Below are positions 14,556 to 29,181 of a stretch of DNA of 64,000 bases, piece after piece (the first letter of the stretch is position 1; every line of letters begins with the position of its first letter). Both the position numbers and the translations under genes were made by a program. The stretch is from Tubulanus polymorphus. Lineage: Eukaryota > Animalia > Nemertea. The stretch lies in assembly GCF_964204645.1 (NCBI RefSeq), contig NC_134032.1, forward strand, positions 5,258,275 to 5,322,274, given 5' to 3'. The notes under the pieces are model-generated. The model searched no databases, had not been told where the DNA came from, and saw only the letters and a list, made by a program, of their open reading frames with translations.

Positions 14556-14897
14556 ATGGAGAGTAAACAAGTACACAGTGAATTCTTAAATAGAATAAAA
14601 GATACTTCAAACGTCAAATCTGTAGATTATAAATTCAAAAAGTTAACAGAATTAACAATCCATAAGAAATATCTAATTACAAATATTGATACAGTTACTA
14701 ACAAATATGGTAGTAAATTAGTTATCCACTTAGAATATGAAGGATTAAAGGGAAATACATATAAATTCAGAACATTTTTACCGGATAGATTTCATAGATT
14801 ATCAAGTGAAGATTTAGAAGAATTATGTTCTGGAGATTTCTATTTCATATACAAAGGTAAGAATAAAAAAGGGCACCATGAAATAGATTTCGAATAA
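14556..14897 (+). CDS. Homolog of the 117-aa (SSB-like) protein
   Basis: Near-identical to 53462-53815. Confidence 0.75.
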   Translation: MESKQVHSEFLNRIKDTSNVKSVDYKFKKLTELTIHKKYLITNIDTVTNKYGSKLVIHLEYEGLKGNTYKFRTFLPDRFHRLSSEDLEELCSGDFYFIYKGKNKKGHHEIDFE

Positions 14898-14911
14898 AAT
14901 ATGTGAAATAA

Positions 14912-15665
14912 ATGGTAGAATTAAAAGAATACAGAATATTTGTTGATTCTAGAAGACTTACAAATTATAAATCACATTATTTACTAGTACAATTAGATAG
15001 AGAATTTAAGAATTGTGTTGATTTAAAATTAGTAAATGTAAGTTTATATAATTCTTTTTACAATGTATCGGATAAGTCTATTGAACATAGAGTCTTTTTA
15101 ATTCATGATAAAAATAAAATTAAATGGTTTCATCTTTATCTTAAACCATGATTATATAATTTAGATACATTAGCGCAAGAAATAAATAGAAGAGCTCGGT
15201 TGAAAATGGGTGCATCTGCTGGATTTGGATTAAGACTGATTAAAAGTGATAGCTCTGATAAAATAAGAATAAAATTAGGTAATGAAGATCAACATCAATT
15301 TTTAGTTAAAAAACCTTTAGCTAAAATTTTAGGAATAACCCCAGATGTAAGGATACGCAATGCTGATGCTACAACAAATATAATGCCCTTTACGCATTTT
15401 TATATTTATTTCAATTTAATTGATCCTACAAAAACATTCGAAGCAAGATATAACTTGTAATTCTGGTTTATTAAACATTTTACCATTGAAGAATGTGAAA
15501 GAATTTGGAACACAAATAAATTATAATTTGACAGAATGTGATTTCAAACCATGCATTCCTCATTTTAATAATTTTAGATTAGAAATTAGAAATCATAATG
15601 GATATTTAATTGATTTGAATAACTTTCCTGTGATATATGAATTAGTTATAAGATGTAGAGAGTAA
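14912..15665 (+). pseudogene. Penton, nonsense and frameshift
   Basis: Three ORF pieces colinear with 52692-53447. Confidence 0.8.
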
Positions 15666-15682
15666 TTTTTTTCACTATATAA

Positions 15683-16024
15683 ATGAAGATAACTGTTGGA
15701 CCGAGTATATGTTTTGGGTTTGATTTTAAACATGGTAAAGAAATAAGAATTAAACTAAATTATGTAATTACTGATATAAAAAGTAAATCATTTAACAATG
15801 CATCAATGATTAATAAAGAAAATTATAATATAGAAAAAATAATTGATTTAATTAAAACACCTTTAGAATATTATGAATTAAATGAAGATGGAATTATTGA
15901 TGATATTAAAAACATATTATCCAAAATATTTGATAATCATAAAAGTAGTAATGAAATAAATGTTGAATTAATCATAGATAAGATAACTAAATATTTTGAA
16001 GATAGTAATTTTTTTGATAAATAA
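15683..16024 (+). CDS. Homolog of the 119-aa protein
   Basis: MKITVGPSICFGFDF...NFFDK. Confidence 0.72.
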   Translation: MKITVGPSICFGFDFKHGKEIRIKLNYVITDIKSKSFNNASMINKENYNIEKIIDLIKTPLEYYELNEDGIIDDIKNILSKIFDNHKSSNEINVELIIDKITKYFEDSNFFDK

Positions 16025-16643
16025 ATGAGTGATAATAAGTGGATAATTACTGGATTATAAAATGGAGCCTTACTATCAGTTGGAACTGTTGGTTATTCAA
16101 TGGTATTAAAAAAAGTATTTAAAATGGGAAGTGTTATCGTTATATTTGTAGCATATAAATTTACTAATTAGTAATTTTTTTTTGCTAAATAAATGGATGA
16201 TAAAGTTGATAATATTGATATTATTCCTCATGATATAAATAAAACTAAATTAAAAATATATTTAGAAAAACAAATATTAGAATTTGAAAGTGACTTAAAG
16301 ATAAAAAAGAAAAAATATTTAAAAAGTTAAATTATATATTATTTTATTATCAGTGGTTCAGTTACAATTAGTTCTGTAATAACATTTCTAGCAATATTCA
16401 GTCCATTAACACCTTTAGCTATATCAATTGGTGTGCTAGGATTAAGTTCAAGTGTTTTAACTGGTATAAGTTCAAAATTAAATATAAAAAACAATAAAGA
16501 ACAAATTAAAACTAATATAAAAGAAATTAATGAATTAAAAAACACATTAGATTATATAAAAAGTTTAAATGGTAACATAACAGTTGAAGAAAAAGACAAA
16601 TTATTAAAAGAATTAATAAATTATTAATATTTTCATTATATAA

Positions 16644-17948
16644 ATGGGGCTTGTAAAAGCTTTCCAATATAATAAATCAATTAAATATAATATTCCTGCA
16701 GTAGATTTTAATAAAAACATTAAATATAAAAATTTAGTTTTAAATTCATTAACTAATTTAGAAATTTATGTTACTGAAACACAGTTTTTTATTTCTAAAA
16801 TGGAAAATATATTTAATACATATGAAGTTATTTTTACTCGAGATGAATATCATATATATATAAAGTAAAATCTAATATGAAATATTGGCAGAATCAATTA
16901 AATTTTGCTGTTTATTGTGCAACAACTGGTTGTGGGGTATAAGTTGGAATGATCATTTAAATAACTTAGATACACATTTGAATTATTCTGATTTAAAATT
17001 AATTCACACAATATTTAGATTTCACACATATTTTCAAATCAGAATAATATTAAATGATTTAGAATGTCCTTTACCCGGATCTAAATATTTTAAAGAATTG
17101 GACAATAATATTAATCGATCTAAGTTTTATAAAATATGTAATGAATTTAATATAAATATTAATTCCGAATTTAGAGCGCATGGTAAATTGCAAGGTATTG
17201 GTGAACAGTATGAAATAAAAAGAATTGATTATATGCATAGAATTGGAGCTTAACATAATTATAAAATTGATAATAATAATGGTTGGATTAATTTCATTTT
17301 AGAAAATAGTAAAGGTTTTACAAAATCAAGTATACAAAGAATAAATCAATCAATTAGAACTTATTTGATATGTATTCTAGGTGCGCAAGTTGAAACAAGA
17401 TCACCAATAGTTGGAAATGATAACACTTCATTTGATACACAGAAACAATTCAAAGTATTATTTGAAGATTCCATTCATAATGATAAAAATAGATCGATTC
17501 CAGAAAACATTGTAAGATATCAAAATTATTTAGATAAATCACATATTAGATTAAATTATTGTATAGGCCCTAATCTATTAATTATTTCTAATGATTTAGT
17601 GTTAAAGATGGGAAATATAGTTGGTTATAATAATCTAATTAAAACTGCAACAACAAATAATTCATTTGGATTAAATGATATAAATAAAAAGATTATCACT
17701 GCTCCAAAATTAATGGAAGGTGAAAAAAATAAAAAACATATTCAATCATCAGAAACTAAAACTAAGAATATTAAATTAAATAATGATTCTAAACCGGATT
17801 ATAATACATCAGAAAATATTAAAACTGATAATATTCAACATGATATAATTAAAACTGATAATGATAATAAATCCCATGAAAATGCTAAATTAGCTATAAC
17901 TTGTATAGGAATTGTAATCGGAGGAATATTATAATATTTAAATTTTAA
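16644..17948 (+). pseudogene. Homolog of the ~460-aa TM-anchored protein
   Basis: Colinear ORF fragments. Confidence 0.78.
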
Positions 17949-17965
17949 TTTTTTTTATAATGTAA

Positions 17966-19323
17966 ATGGCAGAAGGTGGAGGAGATTATGAAATGGAAAA
18001 CATGGGAAATAATGATGATGATAATAATGATGCTGTAACTAATATTGATAATGATGATGAAACAGCGTATAGTTCTACTTTAGGAAATAGTGGTTCCAAT
18101 GCCCCATCAACAGATGAACCTATGATAGAAGAACTAGATCGAGAATAAATCCTGAAAATGAAAAACCAGATTTAGTAAAACAAAATTTAGAATATAATGA
18201 ATATATTCATCACTTCCAACCTATATTTGAAAGATCTGGGCATAATATAAATGCCAGAGGCGCCAGACTTTTAGTAGAAGAATTAACATTTTTAGATGGT
18301 GAATATTATTATCGTTTGAAAGATGATTATTATATTGATATCTCTTATAAAAAACAAAACAAAATATTAGCAGAATCAACTTTGCTTAAGTTAGACCTAT
18401 CTAGAATTAAAAGAATAAGAAATAGTAATGAAATAGAAAATGTTACCAGCACAGAAATGATTAAAAATGAAAGAGTATTAATGACTTATTTGAAACAATC
18501 AATAATAATTTAGAACCAGAAACAACTTCTTGTAAACTTAAATCAAATAAAGTTCCAATTGAAAAACTTTTACCAAATGGATTACTTGATGCAACAGATC
18601 AAGAATTAGAAGATTTAGATATATTTTCTGATAAAGCAATAAAAGAAATTATTAGTATAAGAAATGAAGCTGATAAATTTGCACATAATAAAAGTATAAG
18701 AGATTTTAAAATTAGAACTAGAATGATAAAATTAAAGAAATAGAACAACTAAAATTAGATAGATTAAAGGTTATTGAAGAAATTGAATTTAAAAAAAGAA
18801 ATGCATATTTAGAAAAAGAAAAAGATGATTTAGAATATAACATAGAATTTCAGAAAGAAGAAATTAATCTATTAACAAAATCATATGATTTAAATATTTG
18901 TTGATTAAACCAGATTCTGAAATTTCATTGAAAGATGGAATAAAATTATTATTTAAATTAGAAGGTATAACAATTCTTTCAATTCTAACAGCTGTAACTA
19001 TGGTATTTACAACAATAGGTTTAGCTATATCAAATTCATTAAAATCTACACCGAATCCCAATAAACCAGATAAACCACCAAATGATAATAATTCTATACA
19101 AGATAAAGTAAAGGATGGTTTTGAAAAATTAGCAAAATATTTATGGGAACTATCTAAAAAATCTGCTGCAGCTTTACCCGGAGTTATTGCATCAATTGTT
19201 GGTTTTATATTGAAATCTGCAGGAAACATTATTAACTTTGCTGCTGAACATATTATTTTATTTTTAATTACAGTTGTAAGTGCAATTATTTTTGGGTTAG
19301 TGAATATGATAAAAAATAGATAA
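17966..19323 (+). pseudogene. Homolog of the coiled-coil/TM protein
   Basis: MAEGGGDYEMENMG...SAIIFGLVNMIKNR in fragments. Confidence 0.78.
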
Positions 19324-19342
19324 TCAATTTTTTGTTAAATAA

Positions 19343-19848
19343 ATGAGTGGGAGTTATATTAATCCTTCTAAGAATCCTAGAATATCTAATGCTATTAAAG
19401 CAGAAAGATCTCATCATATAATTACTCATAATTATTATAATCTTGAAATAACAAAAGTAGAAATAACTATCGAAGGAATAGCAAATAAAATATTTTGTAG
19501 AAGGAATGAGAATGATAGATCTATGGCCAGAAATTAGAAAACATTTTATGAATGAAAAAGTAAAGTCATCTGAAAATTGTAATATTAATCAAATTGATTA
19601 TTATACAGGTAATAAATATGCACTATGGTTAGATTTCAGAACAACAGAGGAAAACTTATAACATGGTTTTGGGAAAAAACTACAGAACACTAAAGATGGA
19701 ATACAATTATTCATGACATACAATTATTCAATTATTTCATTATTCATGAAAGAAAAAACGAATCAAAAATTTTAAAATGCACATTTATATTATATCTGAC
19801 GCAAAATAAAATATTGTAAATTCTCAATTAAATAGTGTTATGTATTAA
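19343..19848 (+). pseudogene. MCP with a large internal deletion
   Basis: HIITHN joined directly to YYNLEITKVEITIEG. Confidence 0.85.
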
Positions 19849-20859
19849 AATTTTAATTTTAATAAAAAAATTTATGATAAATGGATGCAGGTAAAGTATA
19901 TAAACATATTCCATACATCGATAAACATGAAAATAATGATGGCTTATATTATGTAATACCTTGTAATATAGCTTTGATATTTGATCCTATTTTCAAAAAT
20001 TATAAAACTAAACTAATAGAAATCGATAATAATAAAAGTGAAGTTGCTGATAATTTAAGTAATGAAATTGATATCTTTGTGCATCGCTGGAGGGTTTCCG
20101 ATCCATATAATTGAATTTGAATTGGTGCGGTGGCGCTCTCATTGCGGAAGTTTTGGTGAATTTTTCAGTCGGCGACGGACGTTTATCGTTGTAAGTGATG
20201 TTATATGTAAAAAATGCAGGGAAACCTATCTCAATTTGTTTGTAGCGATGCAACGGAACTAATAAGGAACATTTTGATATATAACATGACTATAGTACAC
20301 TATCCCTGATGGAATAATAAGCTCCACTCGCATTTTTATCTCGGTTTCAGCACACACACAGCCCCTCTACCATCAATGCCTAACCCGTGTTCGACCAACT
20401 GTGGGCGTTTTCCTTTGAAACATAAGCCTAATTGTAAAAGATAAGCATTAATCTTAAGTTAATGCTGCATCTTTATCATGAAACCTAAGAAAGATTATTC
20501 TATTATTTAGGCCTATTCAAATTGTCTGTCCACTACCACGTGGAAAAAAGACCCAGTCAAAATTGTGCATCACGCTTTGACGAAGAAATTGGTTCTAGGC
20601 AATAAATTTTACGACTCAAACGAATCTTTTCCTCAACAAAGCCGCTTTTAGTTTGATGCAAAATGTCATTTGCTTTTAAAATGCGTAAATAGGCCTAATC
20701 AAAAGGATATTTCAAAAGCAAACTTTGCCGGGCCAAGAGCCATATTGAATTCAATTTTTTCCGAACCATTATGCCTCTTTCATCATAACATTATTTATCC
20801 TATTTCAAGATCTTAGGCCTACAAGTAGAGAGAGTACCTACGTTGGGTTCAAATCGGAA

Positions 20860-21370
20860 TTTTAAGATTTATTTCATTTAATTCCAGGTTTTCACTGTAG
20901 ATTATCAAAGACATGTGGCGTTGTGGGAGTTCATAGTTGTTTGATAATCCATCATTTGTAAGTGTAAGGCTACTTGAGGGATTCGAAACCGATATTTTGT
21001 AAATTTTGTAGCTTTATTACGTTTAATTCCAGATGTTTATCATGACACGTTTCATTTTGGGGGTTTGTCAGCGAGTTGGTATGCTGTCGGCAGAAGTAGT
21101 TTGATAATTCGTTTCATGTAAGTAAACAGCTATTTGAAGGATTCGAAACCGAAATCTGTATTGTGAATTTTTTAGTTGTATTTTGTTTGATTCTAGGTGA
21201 ATAGGACATGATTAATTTTGGGAGTTTGTCCGCGAGTTTGTATACTGTCAAATGAAGTTTCTTCGTCAATTTGTCGCATGTAAGTATCAATCTATAGGTT
21301 ATACATTAGGGGTTCGATACAGAAATTTGGTGAATTCCTCAGATTTATTTTAATTTATTCCAGGTTGTTA
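20860..21370. repeat. Diverged tandem repeat
   Basis: GG(A/G)TTCGA(A/T)AC, CATGTAAGT and TTCCAGGT motifs recur three times. Confidence 0.55.
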
Positions 21371-23614
21371 TCAGAAAAATATGTACTTTATTTCATAGGT
21401 TGGTCTTTGATTGAAAACTAAGAAGGGATGATAGTTCTAAATTTGATGTTGATTCACATGACCAATCTAGTAAGTATGGCTCACTCGTCTTTTAGAATAA
21501 GAGACCTAATGCATTAATCCTTCAATTCAAGTTGCTATACAACCTTTTATACAGATATTTACCTTATCAATACAAACATGTATTTGCCATTAGCCATACA
21601 ATTCAGTAAAACTTTTCCCGTCCAGATTTTGAAACATCATTTGACTCAATTTTTCCTCCTAGCAAATTGCTTTAGCTCATTCTAATGGTCGCAGTAAAAG
21701 TGAATTGTAGCATGTATGATTCCAATCCATCAATTTTCTCTTGTTTCGTATTTTTAGCGAAAATCTCAAAAAAGTCTGACGTCGAGGCAGCCCAGAAAAA
21801 GATATATTCTCGGGAAATATTTAAAGACGCATGGAAAACACACTTATTGTTCACTTTTTTCCTATCCTTATTTTGAAATTGAAGTATTGTAATAAACTAT
21901 TGATTTATTTTTGTTGATCAACGCAACTAGTTTTGTTGTTTTCTTTCTTAATTTACATTTGAATTGGATGGTCATCTTGCGTAGGAGTCAGTTTGTCATC
22001 GAAGCAATACAGTCTAACTTGTTGACGTCTCAGATGCAGCGGGTCAGGGTGGTCATTATATTGTGGACCTATCCAAATTACACTTACACAGCCCAACGTG
22101 TTTCAGTGTGTAAACTCCGTCGTACTCGGCATTATAAGACAGTGAGGAATTGAGTTTTAGTCACCAGAGCCCTCGGCTTGATTCGACCAAAAAGACCTTA
22201 ACTGACTTCACAGAATTTGATTATGAGTCAAGGATTTTCTAAATTTCTGAATGCTTTCTCTGGTTTTAAGATCAATTCAAATTCAATGTTTAAAATATTT
22301 TATTGAAAGAAATTCTACTGAACTCTAACTCTGTTGAAATGAAGGATATATCCAGGCAAATAATTACAGCAAAATCAACTGATGATCATCAAGGTGAAGT
22401 TTTCATTCATCTTCGGCTAATTTGTCTACCCCTGATGATTGAAGCATTTTGGTTACTCGCGCCAATTAGTCAGCCACAGTCGATTTTCATGCCATCTGAC
22501 CTCTTTTCATCTGTAATTAAGCAATCAAATGTAAGAATTACTTAGATAAGGAGCGAAATAATATATAGATATCTTAGGAGACTATTTGAAATCATGAGTT
22601 TGTTGTGAAAATCTATTACTACAGTATCGTAGAGCATAGACACCAAGCCACGTGGCATTGGTATTTTAAGGGCTATTCAGTTTACTCCAAAACAAATCAA
22701 TGATTAACATTAAAAAAGCTTCATATCAAGGGCATGTCGCAGGACTCGTGACGCCCATGAATTATCATCCCATAATTACAATGAATGCAATTCTGCATGT
22801 ACGTTAGCACGACTGATTACTAATCCAAATATGGCATTACAAAAAAAAATTACGCAAAACGTCAAGTACTTACAGCATCTGAGACAGTTGCGCTTCAGTT
22901 AGCGTGTTAAGTTACGTCTTTGGCTGTCAATGTCGAAAAAGCCTTATTTGAAACATACAATTGCGCACTGTGGGTTAATTTTCCTGCAAGAATCCGCAAA
23001 GGAATTGAAGACCGTAGTGACCAGTTCATTCCACGAATAATAGCTGGAAAGAAAGTAATCAAAATAAATTGTCATGCACATTCAGTGTAGACCAGGCCAC
23101 AACTAGCTGCTATTAAGGCATTCCACTGACTGGCTCTACCCATTATATTTAGGGCCTAAATCTATTCTAGGCGCATCCCCCAAAAAAGCTTGGCATTAAG
23201 TAAGTAGCCAACAATGATCATTACTACACCGAGTAGGCCTACTCATTTGCTACCATACTCATATTATAAAAGAAATCATTTAATACATTCCCTGGTTAAC
23301 GGATTCTCACCTTAAAATACATAAACTCCGCTGTCGTTGTCATCGATCCGAGTCGTCAACTGAACGCGGAAGTAAAATTCCGTGTGAAAATTCCTACAAT
23401 TTCTGTTCATATCACGTTGATTTGACCCCGAGATCTTCAGGAAATGTAACCCACGTAAATTGATTTACGAATAGAATTAATCAATTGACTCATTTTAGAA
23501 ATCATGGTTTCGTGAAATTCATTAAAGTCTTAAAACTCGCGATAAATTAAAGCCGAAAATGATTTCATTAATACAACAATTGTTGCGCGCCGGCGCTGTA
23601 CTGTGATAATGCAT

Positions 23615-23685
23615 GGTTTCACTGGGATTCGAACCCTCAACCTCTCAGTTGTGAGTCAAAAACCTTATCCACCCTGTCACAGGAC
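23615..23685 (-). repeat. tRNA-derived SINE head or tRNA pseudogene (CAC anticodon, Val-like)
   Basis: Minus strand TGACAGGGTGG (A box), CTCACAA loop, GGTTCGAATCCC (B box); acceptor stem does not pair. Confidence 0.6.
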
Positions 23686-24049
23686 AGAACGCGTCTTTCA
23701 CCGTTAGTGGGAGTACGCGACACGGCGAGTGGCCATTGCTACTTTTAGCGGGTGTTATCTTTCAGTAAGTAATTTTAAATTTAAAATAGGACGGAGAGTG
23801 CATAGATATAATCTACGCGGAGCGAATGTGGCTATATTACTATCAGAATTCTACATTTCGATTAGAAGATGTTAGTTGTCGAATCTGATAGAAGATGAAT
23901 TTTATGTGCGGAAAAAAAGTGGAAAATATGTAAATAATAATAATAACAATCAACAGAATTACAAGAGGGTTTTCGACGAAAGTCAGACAACCCTAATAAT
24001 AATCACCCGGATATCAATAGGGTTTTCTGTGAAATAACAGGGAACCCTA

Positions 24050-27000
24050 ATAAAAGGCCATACATGGAAGATGTAAGAAATTATATTAATTCATTAGATA
24101 ATAAAAAAGAAATAGAGATAACTGAAGCATATAAAAGTGATATTGGTCCAGCTGCTATTGAGTTTAAATTTCATAAAGGAAAAACATTAGAAGAAAATAA
24201 AAAACATTTAGAAAATATGAATAATATTATAAAAATAATTACAGATGTTGAATACCCTAAAATTAGCATATCTTCTAAAGTTAAGTTTATAAAATCTGAA
24301 GATAAACCAATATATAATATACATTCCCATTCACAACATATTATATGTAAACAACATATAGATGATAAATTAGATAAATGTTATAATGAAATAAAAAGTA
24401 AAATAGAAGAGAAATATTTTGAAGGATCAGGTTTAATATTTGATGAAATAATATTTATGACTTAACATGTTTATAACACAAAATATAATAAGTTAACTAA
24501 ATCAAAACCAATTGATGAAAATAATCTATCATATTATAAAGATGATAATATAAATGGATCGAGTTATATCAAATTACCATTTAAAACTAATGCTGTTATA
24601 GATGTACAAAATTCTGATGATAAATGCTTTCTATGGTCAATTATTAGTTGCTTACATCCTGAAACTGATAATATTTGTAGAGTATCAAATTATAAACCAT
24701 TTGGAAATAATTATAAGATAGATAATTATCCAGTTAGTATTAAAAATATCCCAAAAATAGAAAGAGATAATAATATAAAGATAAATGTGTTTTATTTAGT
24801 CAAATTGCCAAAAACAAAAGGTAATAATATTAAACATTATACATTAGAACCTTTATACTTAGCAAAAGATTATGATTCAAATGATGTTATAGATATATTA
24901 TATCATAAAAATCATTATATGTGGATAAAACGTATTGATTTTTTTTTCAAATCAGAAAATGATTTTGATAATAAAATATATCTATGTAGAAAATGTATAA
25001 CTACATTCAGAACCGAAAGTGCATTATTAAATCATAAACAATTATGTGAAAATCATGATTATTGTAAAATAGTTTTACCAAATGAAAAGGATAAAGTATT
25101 AGAATTCAAAAAATATGATTACAAGAATAAAGTACCATTTGTAATACATGGAGATTTTGAATCATTAAATAAAGAATTAACTATCAAGATAGAAAAGAAA
25201 TATATCATAAAAGAAAGCAATTAAATTCTAATGAAAATGATATAATTGATTATTCAGATCCCCTGATAACAAATACTATTAAAAAGATTCATCAATCAGC
25301 TGCAGCTTTCGGGTTATATATAAAATCTGATTATCCAGAAAGTGAGTATTATAATTATAGAAATGAAAATGTTATCAATCATTTTGTGACCTATTAATTG
25401 AGTATGAAATCAAATTTAGTAAACTATTAGATGCAAATAAAGAAATAATTATGACAGGAGACGAAAAAGAAGAATTAGAGTTTGCTGATAAAAGTTTTTA
25501 TTGTGAAAAGATATTTAATTTTAGAGATAAAAAAGTATGAGACCATGAATATTTGAATGGAAAGTTTAGAGGCGCAGCCCATGAGAATTGTAACTTACAA
25601 GCTAAGAAAATTAACTTTGTTCCAGTAATATTTCATAATCTTTCAGGGTATGATGCTCATTTATTCATCAAACAGCTATGTCATAAAATAGAAGAAATCA
25701 ATAATCAAATAGAAAGATTAAATTCATATAGATCAAAAGATAAAATACCAACATATAAATTTAAAATGTTAGCTAAGACATCTGAGAATTATATATCATT
25801 CCAATTCGGGTGCCTAAGATTTATAGATTCATATAGATTTTTGAGTAGTTCATTAGATAACTTATCAAAATCATTAGTTGATGATGAATTAAAGATATTA
25901 AAGCAACACTACCCAAATAATGATGATTTTCAATTAATGAGATATAAAGGCGCAATACCATATTCATTCTATAAATCGCATAATGATTTCAATATAACTG
26001 AATTATTAAAAGAACAATACTATGATGGATTAAAAAATGAATATGTTAAAGATGAAGTCTACAATAGAACATTGAATATTTGGAATCATTTTAAAATAAC
26101 AAATCATGGACAATTAGTACATTTATATCTAAAATCGGACGTATTATTATCATCGGATATATTTGAAAGGTTTAGAGATGTAAACCTAAAATATTTTAAT
26201 ATTGATCCTTGCCATTGTTATTCATCACCAGGATTAACTTGGGATTGTGGTTTAAAATTTACAGATGTAAAAATGGATTTGTTAACAAATATCAATTACT
26301 ATTATTTGAAAAATCTATAAGAGGAGGAGTTTCAGGTGTTTTAGGGGATAGATATTTCATTGCAAATGATACCCCTGGATATAAGTTATTATATATAGAT
26401 GCAAATAATCTATATGGTTGGACAATGATGGAACCACAACCTTATGGAGTATTTGAAATAAGTGAAGTTTTACAACATGAAAATAATGATAAATTTGATT
26501 GGAAGAAAAGAATTCTAGATATTGCAGATGATTCAGATACTGGTTACTTCTTTGTTGTAGACTTGGAATATCCTGAAGATAAAAAATTTAAACCTAGAAA
26601 TCTAGCATACTGTCCAGAACATAAAACTGTAACGCCTGAACAATTATCAAATTATCAAAAAAGAATTAAACCCGAAAATCATATTCATACAGAAAAGTTA
26701 ATGGTAACTCAGGAAAATAAATATAATTATGTAGTACATTATAGAATGTTGAAGTTTTATCTAAAACAAGGAATGATCCTAAAAAAAGTACATAGATATA
26801 TTTCATTTGGTCAATCTAAATGGTTAGAAAAATATATAGATTTTAACACCAAACAGAGAACTAAAGCTAAAACTGATTTTGAGAAAGATTTTTTCAAATT
26901 AATGAATAATGCATTCTATGGTAAGACTTGTGAAAATATTAGAAATAGAAATGATATTGAGTTAGTTAGTAATGGTTAAAGAATTAGGCATTTACAAACA

Positions 27001-27711
27001 TATCCTAAGTTCATGGGTAACAGAATATTTGATAAAAATTTAGCTGCAGTTAAAATGAGGAGAACTTCTATGAAATTTAATAAACCAATTCATGTTGGAG
27101 CTACAGTTTTAGAATTATCAAAGTTATTAATGTATGAATTCTATTATAACATATTACAGCCTCATTTTGGAGAAAACCATATAGAAATCTTATATTTTGA
27201 TACAGATTCTTACATATTAAAGATAAAAACTAATAACATAACAGATGATTTAAAAACATTAAAACATGATTTTGATTTCAGTAACTATCCTAAAGATCAT
27301 GAATTGTTTAGCAATGATAATAAAAAGGTGCCCGGTAAATTCAAAGATGAATTAGGAGGTGAAGAAATGATAGAATTTATAGGTATTAGATCTAAAATGT
27401 ATAGTTATAAAACTAAAACTCATGAATCTAAAAAGTTAAAAGGAATTACCAAAAGCGTTGTCGAAAAGATTATTCATTTCAAAGATTACATAAATTGTAT
27501 ATTCAAAGAAGAAGTTAGAAAACACAAGATGAAGATCATGAAATGTTTATTGAAGAGATAGAAAAGGTTAGTTTGAACCCATTTGATGATTAAAGATATA
27601 TTTTAGATGACGGAATTCATACAGTCGCGTATGGTTGCAATTTAGATGAATACTTAAGATTTAAAAGAGAAGAAACAAAAGAGTATGAAATAATGAACAG
27701 GATTATAACAT
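24050..27711 (+). pseudogene. polB: 5'-truncated, fragmented Polinton polB (copy C)
   Basis: ORF pieces with YIDANNLYG, KLMNNAFYGK and YFDTDS; colinear with copy F polB. Confidence 0.93.
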
Positions 27712-28410
27712 CAGCTGTCAACCGTCCTGTGTAGTCGTCACCTGACTTGTGTGTAGGGTGTCATCTGTCAACCGTCATTTAGAGTCATCACCCTAGTATA
27801 TAAGGTGTCGCGTGTCCCTAGCTGTAAAATATGATCTCCAATCAAGGATCTATTTTCATGGAACTTCTTTTAGTTCCATATTACTACGCTTTTATATATT
27901 TCAGCTTGCGCATTAATTCCCCGATTTACTCCAAAAGTAACTCTATACGTTGCACTATAATGTCGTATATCGGACTTGGGCCAACCCCATTTATCGGATC
28001 TTTCGATAATTCAATGACTGTTAAAATAGTGTGCTTTGGTTTGAGGTAAACATACACAACACGATACCGACACGCTCGTAATAGCTCTCTCGTTCCTGGA
28101 GAGCTAAAAATTAGAATAAACCTAAAATCAATGAAATGGAAATTTATTTTTTTACTCACTCATCCTCTCAACCTTTATAGCCTGAACCACTATTATCCCT
28201 ATTACTCTAATATAAATTAGTTATCCACTTAGAATTTGAAGGATTAAAGGGAAATACATATAAATTCAGAACATATTTACCAGATAGATTTCATAGATTA
28301 TCAAGTGAAGATTTAGAAGACTTACGTTCAGGTGATTTCTATTTCATATATAAAGGTAAGAATGAAAAAGGGCACCATGAAATAGATTTCGAATAAAATA
28401 TGTAAAATAA

Positions 28411-29166
28411 ATGGTAGAATTAAAAGAATATAGAATATTTGTTGATTCAAGAAGACTTACAAATTATAAATCACATAATTTATTAGTACAATTAGATAGA
28501 GAATTTAAAAACTGTGTTGATTTAAAATTAGTAAATGTAAGTTTATGTAACTCTTTTTATAATGGATCGGATAAAAGTTTTGATCATAGGTTGTTTATGA
28601 TTCATGATAGAAATATGAATAAATGGTTTCATCTATTTCTAAGACCAGGATTATATAATTTAGAAACATTAGCGCAAGAAATTAATAGAAGAGATTGGTT
28701 AAAAGTGGGCGGATCTGTTGGGTTAAACATTAAATTTAATACAATTGACAGTTCTAATAGAATAAGAATAAAGTTAACTAATGAACAATATAAATTCATA
28801 GTAAGAAAACCATTAGCTAAAATGTTAGGAGTTAATCCAAATAAAGTTTATTCAAATGTTGATACTACAGCAAATTTAATGCCTTTTACGCACTTTTATA
28901 TTTATTGCAATTTAATTGATCCTACAAAAACATTTGAAGTAACTAAAGATACAATTTGTAATTCTGGTTTATTTAATATTTTACCATTGAAGAATGTTAA
29001 ACAATTTGGAACTCAAATAAATTATAATTTAGCTGAGTGTGATTTCAAACCATGCATTCCAACAATTAACAATTTTAAATCAGAAATAAGAAATCATAAT
29101 GGGTATTTAATTGATTTAAATAACTTTCCTGTAATTTATCAATTATTTATAAGATGTAGAGAGTAA
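28411..29166 (+). CDS. Penton homolog (open, 251 aa)
   Basis: Same length and ends as 52692-53447. Confidence 0.75.
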   Translation: MVELKEYRIFVDSRRLTNYKSHNLLVQLDREFKNCVDLKLVNVSLCNSFYNGSDKSFDHRLFMIHDRNMNKWFHLFLRPGLYNLETLAQEINRRDWLKVGGSVGLNIKFNTIDSSNRIRIKLTNEQYKFIVRKPLAKMLGVNPNKVYSNVDTTANLMPFTHFYIYCNLIDPTKTFEVTKDTICNSGLFNILPLKNVKQFGTQINYNLAECDFKPCIPTINNFKSEIRNHNGYLIDLNNFPVIYQLFIRCRE

Positions 29167-29181
29167 TTTTTTGATATATAA

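Larger units (their letters stand above)
14345..20075 (+). mobile_element. Truncated Polinton copy B: hairpin terminus followed directly by the structural gene block
   Basis: Hairpin TIR, then homologs of the 117-aa, penton, 119-aa, 73/140-aa (fused), 144-aa, 460-aa, coiled-coil, MCP and ZnF genes. Confidence 0.92.

Noticed and set aside
23615-23685. Functional tRNA-Val
   Set aside because: The acceptor stem does not pair; it is SINE-like or a pseudogene.
23940-24052. CAATAGGGTTTTC...AACCCTAAT hairpin resembling the Polinton end (also near 58680-58716)
   Set aside because: Lacks the AGTAATAGGG end and the CAAAGG-CGA core; more likely the end of a separate dispersed repeat.
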